From Vulcanimicrobiota bacterium (lineage in GTDB: Bacteria; Vulcanimicrobiota; Vulcanimicrobiia; Vulcanimicrobiales; Vulcanimicrobiaceae): DNA of 64,000 nt. The notes beneath the pieces were generated by a model, which did not search any database, had not been told where the DNA came from, and was given only the letters and a program-made list of their open reading frames with translations. Position 1 is the stretch's first letter. Each line of letters begins with the position of its first letter. This document shows positions 39,855 to 48,949 of this stretch, one piece after another. The stretch is taken from contig OY970223.1 in NCBI GenBank assembly GCA_963714015.1, positions 2,816,001-2,880,000 of the forward strand, written 5' to 3'. Both the position numbers and the translations under genes were made by a program.

Positions 39855-40703
39855 CTACCACTGAAACAACGGGCACACGCGTCTGGTTGCTGGAGTGCTG
39901 CGCGCCCAGTACAAGTGCTGTGCGCCGTGAAAAAGCGCTGCCCGTAGACGGCCGATGTCGTCCGGTGAATACCGCGTTTCGAAGGTTTTACCTGATTTTC
40001 CGGAGTTCGGGTGAGAAAGCGCCACGACAGTGCGTATCTTCCCGCCAAGGTCCATCTCGATCGGGTGCGGGGGCACTCCGCAACGAAAAATCTGCTTTTG
40101 GGCGACGTCGCCGACTGCGATCACGACCTGCGCGGCCGCCACGGAAAGCACGTTGTTGAGATGAAGTTCGACGCACGTTCCCGCCGCTTCCAACACGCCG
40201 TATTGCTTTCGGGATTTGCAATGCACGATCTCGGTAAGGGCGTAGTCGACGCCGGGCCGCGGCTCCGCCATGAGGTCCCTCGCTCTATTCAGAACCCAAC
40301 ACCAGTATTTTTGCGGCTCGATGAGATTGCCGTTGCGGTCCGTCGTGTAGCGTCCGTCCGCAACATACGCGCGGCTGCCGCCGCCGAAGGCGAGATGATG
40401 CGATTCCCATACCTGTTCGTCGGAGGCGTCGCCTCGAGCGTGATCGTCTTCTCCAATTGAAGGATTTGAAGAGATGAACAGCATCGGCGCGACGTCGATT
40501 TGGCCGACCCACGGCTCGGGCACCTGAAAGTCCCCATACCGTTCGGCTCCGAATTCAATCATCTGGTACCGCACTATGCGCTCGCACGCGTTGGTTCCAC
40601 CATCATAGATCTCGCGCACCTTCGGGCAGCGCGCTATACCTTGAAAAACCCTGCGAGCAAGACCATCCGACATGAACTCTTGTTTCGCCCCGCCGTACGC
40701 CAT
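39855..40703 (-). CDS. Uracil-DNA glycosylase superfamily protein
   Basis: PEPWVG..LFISSNPS, LTEIVHCKS, VVIAVGDVA and LSHPNS. Confidence 0.8.
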   Translation of the reverse strand: MAYGGAKQEFMSDGLARRVFQGIARCPKVREIYDGGTNACERIVRYQMIEFGAERYGDFQVPEPWVGQIDVAPMLFISSNPSIGEDDHARGDASDEQVWESHHLAFGGGSRAYVADGRYTTDRNGNLIEPQKYWCWVLNRARDLMAEPRPGVDYALTEIVHCKSRKQYGVLEAAGTCVELHLNNVLSVAAAQVVIAVGDVAQKQIFRCGVPPHPIEMDLGGKIRTVVALSHPNSGKSGKTFETRYSPDDIGRLRAALFHGAQHLYWARSTPATRRVCPLFQW

Positions 40704-40859
40704 CGCTCTTGAAAGATGACGTGGGCTTGGCGATTCCTTGCGTGAACCGCAGAACGGGGCTTTACAACGGACTTCCGGCAGTTCGCTCGAGCACGTGATC
40801 CAGTCGTTCGACGCCGGCTATGATTGCACGAACCGCGGGTTCGGATGCAGACTGTAAGC

Positions 40860-41774
40860 ATGGAGAATACCGAAAACCCGTCTCGGCCGGGTGAAGTAGG
40901 GCAGAAGCCGAGACTCTCGCCTCCGACCAATTGGGGAAGCACGGGCGTCGAAGTACCGGACGTAACGGGTGCTTATGCGCTACCGGCCGGTACGAATGGA
41001 GACGAGGGCCGCCGCCAATTGCTGGCGTGTACCTTGGCTGCGCTGTATTCCGTCGTCGGAAGCGCGCAACGTGCCAATCAGCAGATCGACGAAACCCGCA
41101 ACGCCGTGCACCAACTGCTGATCGCAAGTGGTGCCCTGGCGGCCAGTGAGGCAGACGCGTTCTTGACCCTTATTTCGGCCGGTCTTGAATCTTCAGCCCT
41201 CGTGCATTTGCGAGGCCTTGGCGAGACGTCGCGCAGAATAGCGATTTGCCGAGAGTATCCGCCGTTGGCGTTGAAACTATATCAGACCGCTGGTCCAGCG
41301 TGGATTCGGATGGCCGCTCGAGTTGGAATTGATGGCATTCCGGAACTTGATCGCGCTGAGCGTGACATGCGAACGCTGGAAAACACGCAAGAGTTCAAAA
41401 ATGCGAAGAGCGACGTCGTGCAACGCTTTAGCCTGATGAGCGAGGATGAGTGGACCGCCTGGAGCAAGCGGAGCCATGGCGATGTCCTGGCGCTTGTGCA
41501 AGTATCGCAAAATCTCCGTGCGCGTGGTTCCGATGTGCGAGCCGCCGTCAATACGGAGTTACCGCAAGGCGTAGCGGTAAACGGCTATTTGATGCGCGCC
41601 ATCGGCTTTGCGCTATTCGCCCTCGCACATCTTTGCGTGGAGTTTGACGTGGATACGCGCGGCCAATTGACGGTTGTGTCGGGTGCCTACGAGCGCATGC
41701 AGGAGCTTGACGCCGCTAGCGGTGCCTTGCGCGTGTCCCCGCGAGACAAAACGCGCAGAACGGGACGTAGATGA
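40860..41774 (+). CDS. All-helical hypothetical protein, DUF5677/HEPN-like
   Basis: ALVHLRGLGET and WTAWSKRSHGD resemble the RxxxE and SxxxH motifs of that family. Confidence 0.5.
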   Translation: MENTENPSRPGEVGQKPRLSPPTNWGSTGVEVPDVTGAYALPAGTNGDEGRRQLLACTLAALYSVVGSAQRANQQIDETRNAVHQLLIASGALAASEADAFLTLISAGLESSALVHLRGLGETSRRIAICREYPPLALKLYQTAGPAWIRMAARVGIDGIPELDRAERDMRTLENTQEFKNAKSDVVQRFSLMSEDEWTAWSKRSHGDVLALVQVSQNLRARGSDVRAAVNTELPQGVAVNGYLMRAIGFALFALAHLCVEFDVDTRGQLTVVSGAYERMQELDAASGALRVSPRDKTRRTGRR

Positions 41775-42171
41775 CCTTTCCAAGACGCATCGACGGTTAC
41801 TTGCGCGGAGCGATGGCAACCCCGACTGGTGCGCCAGAGCCTGTAAGTCTCTTGATTCTCGTTCATAGACGAATCGCTCGATGTCGGGAGCCGTGTCTAG
41901 ATTTCTGGGCAGAAGCGCGATATCGGGAAGATCCGAAATGTGCAACCGTTCAATCGCATCTTCAAACGTGCCCGCGTCGCCTACTTCCGCGCCTTCGCCA
42001 TCAAAGCCGCGTCGCCCCAAATCCCCGTACGTAGCCTCTGTGGTGCACACCGACGCGGCGCAGCACGCATTGCGCGCTTTGTAAAGATTGAGGCTCGCGA
42101 TGTTTAGAATTCGAGATTCACGGGCAAGTCGTACGCACCCATCCGTGCGCCCGCGCTGAGAAAAAGATTTC

Positions 42172-42200
42172 AAGAACCCTGACGGGTTTTTTTTATTTTT
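42172..42200 (+). terminator. Terminator-like hairpin
   Basis: AACCC-TGAC-GGGTT followed by TTTTTTATTTTT. Confidence 0.55.
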
Positions 42201-42375
42201 GCTCGACAATCTCGCAGAATCTTGGCATCGCTCTGCGCGTGGCGCGTCGCTGCTGCAAACCACTCAAGAACAGGCGTCTTTCCACCGAGAGTTCTGACAT
42301 TGTTGGTCAGTGTTGTTCAAGTCCACGCATTTCTTCGCGAACTCCCGAGAAACGCGATTTAATTTTCCGGAAAAG

Positions 42376-42403
42376 GCGCGCCATTGCTGGCGCGCTTTTT
42401 TTT
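42376..42403 (+). terminator. Terminator/attenuator-like hairpin
   Basis: GCGCGCCA-TTGC-TGGCGCGC followed by T8. Confidence 0.7.
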
Positions 42404-42447
42404 GCGTCGCCTTGAGCGACGGCAGCACGCAAAAACCGGAGGAAAAA

Positions 42448-42624
42448 ATGCCTAATCTCGTTCGCTTCTATAAATCCGAACGGCTTCCTTGTGGCCACAT
42501 CGCCGGTCGAAACCGGCGTGCTCGCGCTCACCGCAGCAACCACGCCGCGTCTTCCACGAGCACTCCGGTGTCGTGTCCGCAATGCAAGGCGGTCGTCCGT
42601 GCGCATTGCGTGCGAAAGGACTGA
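42448..42624 (+). CDS. Small putative zinc-binding protein (may contain internal indels)
   Basis: Strong GGAGG RBS; PCGH and CPQC pairs. Confidence 0.5.
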   Translation: MPNLVRFYKSERLPCGHIAGRNRRARAHRSNHAASSTSTPVSCPQCKAVVRAHCVRKD

Positions 42625-42625
42625 A

Positions 42626-42931
42626 ATGCGGCAACACGATCAAGGCGTTTTGGAGGCGCTCTCGGTGCTGCGGCGGCTCGGATATGAAGACATCCGTTCC
42701 CGGGCTCACCGCGACGGCGGCTGCTTTTGGGTTGTCACGAACCGCCCGCGTTGCCACGATATGGCGGTTTTCGCCTATTTGGAGTCGGAGTTTGCGGTGC
42801 GCTTCCTCTTCACGGCGTCAGGGTCAAAAACGACGGATTACCGGTCCGCCTGGTACGTTGACCCCGGGGGCAGCGGTGGGCCTGCGGGGACAGCACGACC
42901 TCCGCGTCGTCGCCCAGGTCCTTGGTCTTGA
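42626..42931 (+). CDS. Small hypothetical protein
   Basis: ATG lies 1 bp after the upstream stop; MRQHDQGVLEALSVLRRLGYEDI... Confidence 0.45.
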   Translation: MRQHDQGVLEALSVLRRLGYEDIRSRAHRDGGCFWVVTNRPRCHDMAVFAYLESEFAVRFLFTASGSKTTDYRSAWYVDPGGSGGPAGTARPPRRRPGPWS

Positions 42932-43020
42932 GCTATTGCAGCCCGCCGCTGCGCCGAATCGGCACCGGACGCAAGCGCTCCAAATTATGGCATCGCCGGT
43001 GGAGGCGTCCGGTTGTCTGA

Positions 43021-43461
43021 TCATGAGCGCGCCACGCTCGACGACGCCGTGCGCATCGCGCGCGCGACGATCTCGTCTGGCACGTTGAAGAATCCCAGAC
43101 TGCCCTTGTACGGAATGGGTTGCTTGAACATCCGCGCCCGCGTCAAAAAGTAGCAATAAGGGCCCAACGCCCACGCCCGTTGCGCGCGCGGTACGTCAAC
43201 TAAAGACACGCATTCCACGATGTCCACTAGGCCGATGATCGCGCCGCGCGGCGTTGCACGCAGATCCTCGAGCGTCGGCACCGGCAGCCCGATCTTTTTG
43301 CACGCGCGTCGGATGAACGCTTCGGCGTCGTCGTTGTACCGCTTCGAGGAATGAATGAGCACTGGCCCTCGGACGCGCGTCGGACGCGGCCGGTTTTCGA
43401 TGGTCTTTCGGCCGTCCGCGACGACGAGCGACCACGGCGGCCTGATGGAAATGCACCGCAT
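43021..43461 (-). CDS. ASCH domain protein
   Basis: ISIRPPWS..GRKTIENR..RGPVLIHSSK..GAIIGLVDI..KGSLGFF. Confidence 0.9.
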   Translation of the reverse strand: MRCISIRPPWSLVVADGRKTIENRPRPTRVRGPVLIHSSKRYNDDAEAFIRRACKKIGLPVPTLEDLRATPRGAIIGLVDIVECVSLVDVPRAQRAWALGPYCYFLTRARMFKQPIPYKGSLGFFNVPDEIVARAMRTASSSVARS

Positions 43462-43813
43462 GCGAGGTGTCTTCAATTGCGCCGCGCGTCGCCCTACGGC
43501 GGAGTTTTCTGGTTACCCACTCCGCATAGGACTCTTCGCGGTCCCGCATACCTCGTTCACGCGCCGGATCGGAAGATGTCGTCGAGCGGGGACTCGTATC
43601 CCATGTAGCACGCAAGAAAAACGCCGCGCACGACCTCCGAGAATCGAAGGTAGCCCACGAGGGGTCCATCGGCTCCGGCGTCGCGCGCGAAGATCAGGAA
43701 ACTGTAGCGTTCCGTTGCGGAAATGCTCTGAATCGGCTGTTAAGCGAATTCCAATTTATTCAGCGTGGTGGCTACGGCTGTGATTATATCGCCACGTTGT
43801 GCCACCAGCTGGA

Positions 43814-44298
43814 TTAGGCTAGGCCGCTTCTCGACCTTGCGGTACTCTCGGCGCGGTCCCGTTCTTTGGCCGCCCGGTAGTCGGTGAACAATTCCGACTC
43901 GGCCGCCCCGCCTTCGGCGTACTCAGGCCACACTCGTCCGGCGGCGATTAACATATCGCACAACTCACGGTATGCCGGCCATGTCTCGTCAAGAGCGTAG
44001 AGTAGCATGCCTTTCCACTCGCGCCGCGCAAAACGCCGGACTTCCACAACCGCTCGGTGGCGTCTTTGACCCCTTCGTATGTGCGGCGGCTCGCTAAGCG
44101 CTGGAGGGAGGCCGGGTCGCTTTCACCGTGGGGCGTGTGGACGAGCATGGCAAGCACGTCCGTAACCACATTCTTGTGCTCGACTCCGAAAATCTGATGT
44201 AGATCTAAGCAGCGACGAATGGCGGCGTCTTCAACCGATTCTGTATGCCTGGTTGTATAGCCGTAACTGACGCCATCGGTGGCAACTCTAGATCCCAT
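43814..44298 (-). pseudogene. Truncated paralogue (last repeat) of the tandem wHTH gene; frameshift near 44030
   Basis: IFG..VLAMLVH..ERLWKSGVL/RREWKGMLLYALDETWPAYRELCDML..WPEY..KERDR aligns to repeat 4 of 34647..36086. Confidence 0.7.
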
Positions 44299-44343
44299 GG
44301 CCGCAAGCCGATCCGCGACGACGTGGATCGATTGCGCTATTCC

Positions 44344-45102
44344 CTAACGCGCGGCAGGTCGGACAGAGAGCACGGGGTGAAGTTCGATACCGGATGGCGC
44401 ACCGCCGACCTCGCTGTGACCGGTCACGCGATCGAAGAATCCATATCCGTCCACGATCACGAGTGGCGCGTTCCTTATTCCATGGCGGTCGAGCCACCAA
44501 AAACGATTGGTCGCACGGTGGCGCGCAATGTTATCGACGCTGTGCCGCGCGGCGGCAAACGCAGCCGCCCTATTCGACGATGTGCAATATCTCGCCGGAA
44601 TTTCACCGATCATGGTCAGATTCGGGTTTTCCGGATACGCGAGCACCAGATGGTAATCGCTATCGGCTTCCAGTTTCACACCGAGTAGGATTGCTTGGAC
44701 GCTCCATTCTTGGTCTTCGACGCCACCAACTCTGTCCGTCAGAGCGTCGGGATCCGCCGGCGGGTCGAATCTCGTGAGCCGCTCGATGCTCGTGTGAACC
44801 GGCGTCGTGGGCAAAGCCGCATCGCCGGAGAGCATCAGCACCTTTTTCGCCCACATCTCTACGCCGCACCAGCTCCCGTAGCCGATCGCATCGTTGTCGG
44901 CTGCGGACGCAGTAAGTGCCGTTGTGCTCTGCAGTCGGCTAGTGCCGGCGATCTGCACAATTGGGCCGCGTGTGTGTTGACGGACGTAGCGAGCGGCTAC
45001 GAGCAGCCCGCTAACGACGAGCAGCGCGGATAGCACGGCTATTGTCCAGACGGCGCGTTGTCTATTTCGATTACGAATCCACCGCGGCGTACGTTGAGGC
45101 AT
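44344..45102 (-). CDS. Membrane-anchored hypothetical protein, possible OB-fold
   Basis: N-terminal TM, then CGVEMWAKK..DSDYHLVL..GEIP..GYGFFD..IELHPVL. Confidence 0.7.
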   Translation of the reverse strand: MPQRTPRWIRNRNRQRAVWTIAVLSALLVVSGLLVAARYVRQHTRGPIVQIAGTSRLQSTTALTASAADNDAIGYGSWCGVEMWAKKVLMLSGDAALPTTPVHTSIERLTRFDPPADPDALTDRVGGVEDQEWSVQAILLGVKLEADSDYHLVLAYPENPNLTMIGEIPARYCTSSNRAAAFAAARHSVDNIARHRATNRFWWLDRHGIRNAPLVIVDGYGFFDRVTGHSEVGGAPSGIELHPVLSVRPAAR

Positions 45103-45113
45103 TTAGCGCGACG

Positions 45114-46895
45114 TCACAGTTCCGTCGCTTGGACTCTGCTGAACCCTTTTGCAATGGATGCGTGAGTGACCTCACCCGAGGAATACTTGCAAACGACAAC
45201 AGCATCGCCGGTAGTAAAGGTTTGCGCCTCCACCTGCATGAGATCGTTGTCAACTCGGTACGAACCTCCGCCCACTCGTAATCTACCCGATCTTGCGCCG
45301 CCATCGAAGGTGGAATCGGTGCACGAGGCGAGGACCGTTTTGCCGCTCCCTATGGTCGCCATGACCGTTTGTACCTTCGAATAACCAACGTGCACAGAAG
45401 CGAACCACGTGTCATCGTGTCGAGCCGTGCAAACCGTCGCCGATTCTCCGGTCGTCCAACTGGAGGCGGAAACCTTGAGCAAGTCGTTGTCGATTACGCG
45501 AAATATGGAGCCGTCGGTCGTCCCCACTTCCGTGCCGTCCGGCGCGGAGTAGCCGATATAGAGCTGTCTGCAACTGCCGGCTTCGACGGATGTCGAACCC
45601 GCGGCTGAAGCCTGAGCATCCGAAAATCCGACTTTGAGCGACGTTCCGTCGGCTGAGGAGCAAACGACGACCTGGTCTCCCGTGGCCCAGCTCGATACCG
45701 TCACCTTCATCAGGTCGTCCGAGACGGCATAACGGCGGCCATTGGATGTGACGACCTGGGTGCCGTCGCCGTTTACGGAAGCGATTTCCATTGTTGCGCA
45801 ACCGCTCACCGGTGCTTGAACAGCAGTAGTCATCTGCCTCGAAGGTGTCGGCTGGTAAGCGGTTTGAGGAGGTTGAGTTTCAACCGGTTGCGCTAGAGCC
45901 CCCGGCGTGAGTGCTCCTATCGGTGCAAAGTGCGGGGAACGCGTTCGTGTGACGGGGGCCGGGGGTTGTACGGGCTGCTGATAACTCTGCGTTGTCGATT
46001 GTTGCGCTCGCGGGGTTGACGAGATGTGGCTCAGTTCACCCGTGACGACGAAGAATCCGATTATTGCCGCGGCCGCGATCGCGATACCACCCCATGGCAG
46101 TTTTATGGGCGGACGGATGGCGTCATTCAGAGAGTTGCTCAGGACGAATCCGGTTCGCAGCGGGTCGGCTTTGACCTCGACATGATGATTGCCGACAAAA
46201 ACGGTGTGACTCAACGCAGAAATATGGGCCGATGCTTCGCCTTTCATTTGCTCCAACATCATGGGAATGTTGAGTCGGGCGCTGGCCACGGCAGATCTAC
46301 GCTGCTCGTTCATGAAGTGGTTGAGAAGCTGCTGCTTGACCGTTACGTCGTTGTCGGAAAGCCAGTCGAATCGATCCTCAAGATGCTTAGGGATGGCGTA
46401 CAGTACTTTTTGATTCGAAAAGTGGCCGTCGATAGCCGAAATGACCCTTTCCGAATCGCAGTCTGGGCCGAGATAAACGTACTTTTGAGATCGGGGACCG
46501 TAAGATTTCCAGATCGCTTCGACGATTTTGTGCTTCTCTCGCGTCGGCAGTAGTGGTGGCAGAAGTGCAAATAATCGCACCGCCACTGTGCCGGACATTT
46601 GAACTTCGTCGGGCTGCCAGCGATGCGCGCCGCCTAAGCGCCGCCGTTTCCAGTAATTTCTCCACTTTGGAAACGTTTGCCGTGCGTAGTCTGCGGCAAC
46701 TTCGCCCCAAGTGTCACCGTATCTATTGAACAAATTGTTGAGTGACGCGCTGGGGAGCGAAAAGAACGCTTCCTTCACTACCTCGTCGGTATGGCCGACT
46801 TCGGCCGAGAATGCGTGCGCGTCGGCGATATGCCGCTTAGCGGCTTCTAAGTTATGGTTGCGCTGGTGGTTGCTGCGGCGACGGTAGCGGCCCAT
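45114..46895 (-). CDS. Hypothetical protein: N-terminal domain, TM, P/Q/T linker, three Cys-bounded repeats
   Basis: Repeats end DDLMKVTVSSWATGDQVVVC, NDLLKVSASSWTTGESATVC and NDLMQVEAQTFTTGDAVVVC. Confidence 0.8.
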   Translation of the reverse strand: MGRYRRRSNHQRNHNLEAAKRHIADAHAFSAEVGHTDEVVKEAFFSLPSASLNNLFNRYGDTWGEVAADYARQTFPKWRNYWKRRRLGGAHRWQPDEVQMSGTVAVRLFALLPPLLPTREKHKIVEAIWKSYGPRSQKYVYLGPDCDSERVISAIDGHFSNQKVLYAIPKHLEDRFDWLSDNDVTVKQQLLNHFMNEQRRSAVASARLNIPMMLEQMKGEASAHISALSHTVFVGNHHVEVKADPLRTGFVLSNSLNDAIRPPIKLPWGGIAIAAAAIIGFFVVTGELSHISSTPRAQQSTTQSYQQPVQPPAPVTRTRSPHFAPIGALTPGALAQPVETQPPQTAYQPTPSRQMTTAVQAPVSGCATMEIASVNGDGTQVVTSNGRRYAVSDDLMKVTVSSWATGDQVVVCSSADGTSLKVGFSDAQASAAGSTSVEAGSCRQLYIGYSAPDGTEVGTTDGSIFRVIDNDLLKVSASSWTTGESATVCTARHDDTWFASVHVGYSKVQTVMATIGSGKTVLASCTDSTFDGGARSGRLRVGGGSYRVDNDLMQVEAQTFTTGDAVVVCKYSSGEVTHASIAKGFSRVQATEL

Positions 46896-47198
46896 TTACT
46901 TGCCGAAAAGCCGAGAGACGAGCCCGTTCTTCTTGGTTTGATCCTTACGCGGATTAAGCTGAAACGTGATCCGGTAATCGTCCGTCGACAGGGTCTTTTC
47001 CAGGGCCATCTTGATACCGTATGCGGCCGTTTCCGCGTCTTGCTGTTTAAGCTCGGCGAGAACTGCTTCGGCGTTTTGAAGCAAGGCGTGCATCTTCATG
47101 GCATCGTCGAGGTGATGCTTTTGCGCTACGCGTTCCACGCTTGCGAGTTCCGCCGCCACGTCGGTATCCTCGGAAACGAGGACGTGCGCCTTGAACAC
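46896..47198 (-). CDS. Hypothetical protein
   Basis: 100-aa ORF abutting both neighbours in an operon. Confidence 0.7.
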   Translation of the reverse strand: MFKAHVLVSEDTDVAAELASVERVAQKHHLDDAMKMHALLQNAEAVLAELKQQDAETAAYGIKMALEKTLSTDDYRITFQLNPRKDQTKKNGLVSRLFGK

Positions 47199-47202
47199 GA
47201 TC

Positions 47203-47649
47203 CTAGTGGCGCAAGAACATCGAAACCAGAACGATGACGGCGATCACGCCCAGAACGATGTAGAGCGGCAACCAATTGCGGTCACTAGCCATCGTGCGGG
47301 TAAGGCGGCCGGAGGCCGCCTGGGCGGTGTTGCCCATGATGACCTCAGTACGGCCGACCGATGATTCTTGCGTGTGCTGCATCGTTACGGACGTGCCTTC
47401 TTGCGTGGCGATCTCTTTGGTTTTCTGCGACATCACGTCCAGCATATTGCGGAACGCGGTGACGTCGACGTTCATTTGCGCGGCTTTTTTCTGAACGTCA
47501 AGCGCGCCCCGTGCATACTCGGCGACGAGAGCCTGCTGCTGTTCTTCAGTCAACGAACCCAGATCGATGAGGCCCGCACCAGGATTTGAGGGGTCAATGC
47601 GAATCGATTGTCCCGTTTTTTGAAGCGCGCCACCTTGTGAGTCTTGCAC
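47203..47649 (-). CDS. Hypothetical protein with C-terminal TM anchor
   Basis: GTG start after AAGGGG; ends WLPLYIVLGVIAVIVLVSMFLRH. Confidence 0.75.
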   Translation of the reverse strand: MQDSQGGALQKTGQSIRIDPSNPGAGLIDLGSLTEEQQQALVAEYARGALDVQKKAAQMNVDVTAFRNMLDVMSQKTKEIATQEGTSVTMQHTQESSVGRTEVIMGNTAQAASGRLTRTMASDRNWLPLYIVLGVIAVIVLVSMFLRH

Positions 47650-47665
47650 GATAAAAAGCCCCTTT

Positions 47666-47848
47666 TTAAGAACGAAGCTCAACGCGAACGATATGAGAAA
47701 CGTTGACGATATTTCGCCCGCCGGTAGAATCGCGGAGCAGCACAGATTTACTGCCCTTTGTCAGAGCATCTTGTAAATCCGACTCATTCTCTTTCGAAAC
47801 GGTCACTGAACTGCCGTTTGAAAAATGAACGACGATCTCCCGAGACAA
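47666..47848 (-). CDS. Small beta-rich hypothetical protein (60 aa)
   Basis: TTG start after GGGAGG; SREIVVHFSNGSSVTV..NIVNVSHIVRVEL. Confidence 0.6.
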   Translation of the reverse strand: MSREIVVHFSNGSSVTVSKENESDLQDALTKGSKSVLLRDSTGGRNIVNVSHIVRVELRS

Positions 47849-47981
47849 GCCGACCTCCCGCTGGAATACCCTTGGGCGAGCATGATTCGACGCCGTCTGG
47901 CTGCTTCCCGAGCGGCTGGTCGATCTGGTTCTGCGCCAATAGGAGCCAGGACGCAGCCATCCTTGGTCGAACACCAGTTCG

Positions 47982-48143
47982 ATGACGTACACGTCGTCCG
48001 AGTTCCAAGCGGCCCGGCGCGCACTGCTGGCCTGCTCGGACGCCGATCGCGCCTATCTCCGCCGGTGGATTCTTCGGTGGATAGACGATCGCGGCGACGT
48101 GTTACCTGACGCCGAACACCCGCCGGACAAGGAGTGCAAATGA
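47982..48143 (+). CDS. Small hypothetical protein (53 aa, not in the ORF track)
   Basis: MTYTSSEFQAARRALLACSDADRAYLRRWILRWIDDRGDVLPDAEHPPDKECK*; ATGA overlap with the next gene. Confidence 0.55.
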   Translation: MTYTSSEFQAARRALLACSDADRAYLRRWILRWIDDRGDVLPDAEHPPDKECK

Positions 48144-48868
48144 ATGCATTGGATCCGGTCGGCGCACACCTCAGTCTTCTCAGGTGGGGCCGATGGGACG
48201 TCGCCGATCCGCCGGAGATCGTGCACGCCGTCGTACCGCGGGATTTTTCAGACGATATGGCGCTGGCGGATATGCTGAGTCGCCCCCACCCATGGCACGC
48301 GATTGTTAACAATTTGGTGATGGATGCGGATGCAAAGTTCGGACACCGTCATTGGTTCGATACGATGACGCACTGGCGCGAGGGGATTGCATCCGGTGCC
48401 GACGGTTCGGGGTTTTATTTGTATCAGCGAATGGGCCAATCGCATGATCGCATCGGTACGATCTGGTGCTACCCGGATGGAACGATCATCAGCCGGACGT
48501 GGATTGTCGGGTTTCATCAGTCGCCGCCGCGGAAGATTTTTTTCATCGAAGATATTGCGGACAGCCTCGCTGGTACGATGTGGTTTGCGGCAAAGTTGTA
48601 CGAGCACGTCGCTTCGGGTCATCGAATGGAATGCGTAGTGCGCAGCGCCCTTGCTTCGGCGCAGAACTTCGAATTGCGATTGGAAGCCGGCCGACAGATG
48701 TTTCAAGTCGTCCAAACCGGCCCCGCTCCGTTTCTCGTCATTCCGGGCGATCTGGAGTGGCGCTATCCGGACGAACCACTCGAGGCTTGCCTCCCGTCCA
48801 TCGCCTCAGCGAACTATTGCTGGCAACGGCTTAAGCCGTTGTATAGCGGCGCACCACGTTCCGCTTGA
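48140..48868 (+). CDS. Hypothetical protein
   Basis: AAGGAG RBS before the ATG at 48140; 242 aa, alpha/beta character. Confidence 0.65.
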   Translation: MNALDPVGAHLSLLRWGRWDVADPPEIVHAVVPRDFSDDMALADMLSRPHPWHAIVNNLVMDADAKFGHRHWFDTMTHWREGIASGADGSGFYLYQRMGQSHDRIGTIWCYPDGTIISRTWIVGFHQSPPRKIFFIEDIADSLAGTMWFAAKLYEHVASGHRMECVVRSALASAQNFELRLEAGRQMFQVVQTGPAPFLVIPGDLEWRYPDEPLEACLPSIASANYCWQRLKPLYSGAPRSA

Positions 48869-48949
48869 ACGCGTCACGGCGCACCCGGTTCAAAATCCAA
48901 GGTTTGCCGCTTCTTCTCCCGGCAGTTTTAGGGCCAGTTCGAATCGAAG

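Noticed and set aside
41613..42263. 216-aa minus-strand ORF and overlapping short ORFs
   Set aside because: It overlaps the DUF5677-like gene and terminator-like DNA and has no recognisable motif or RBS; at most a gene relic.
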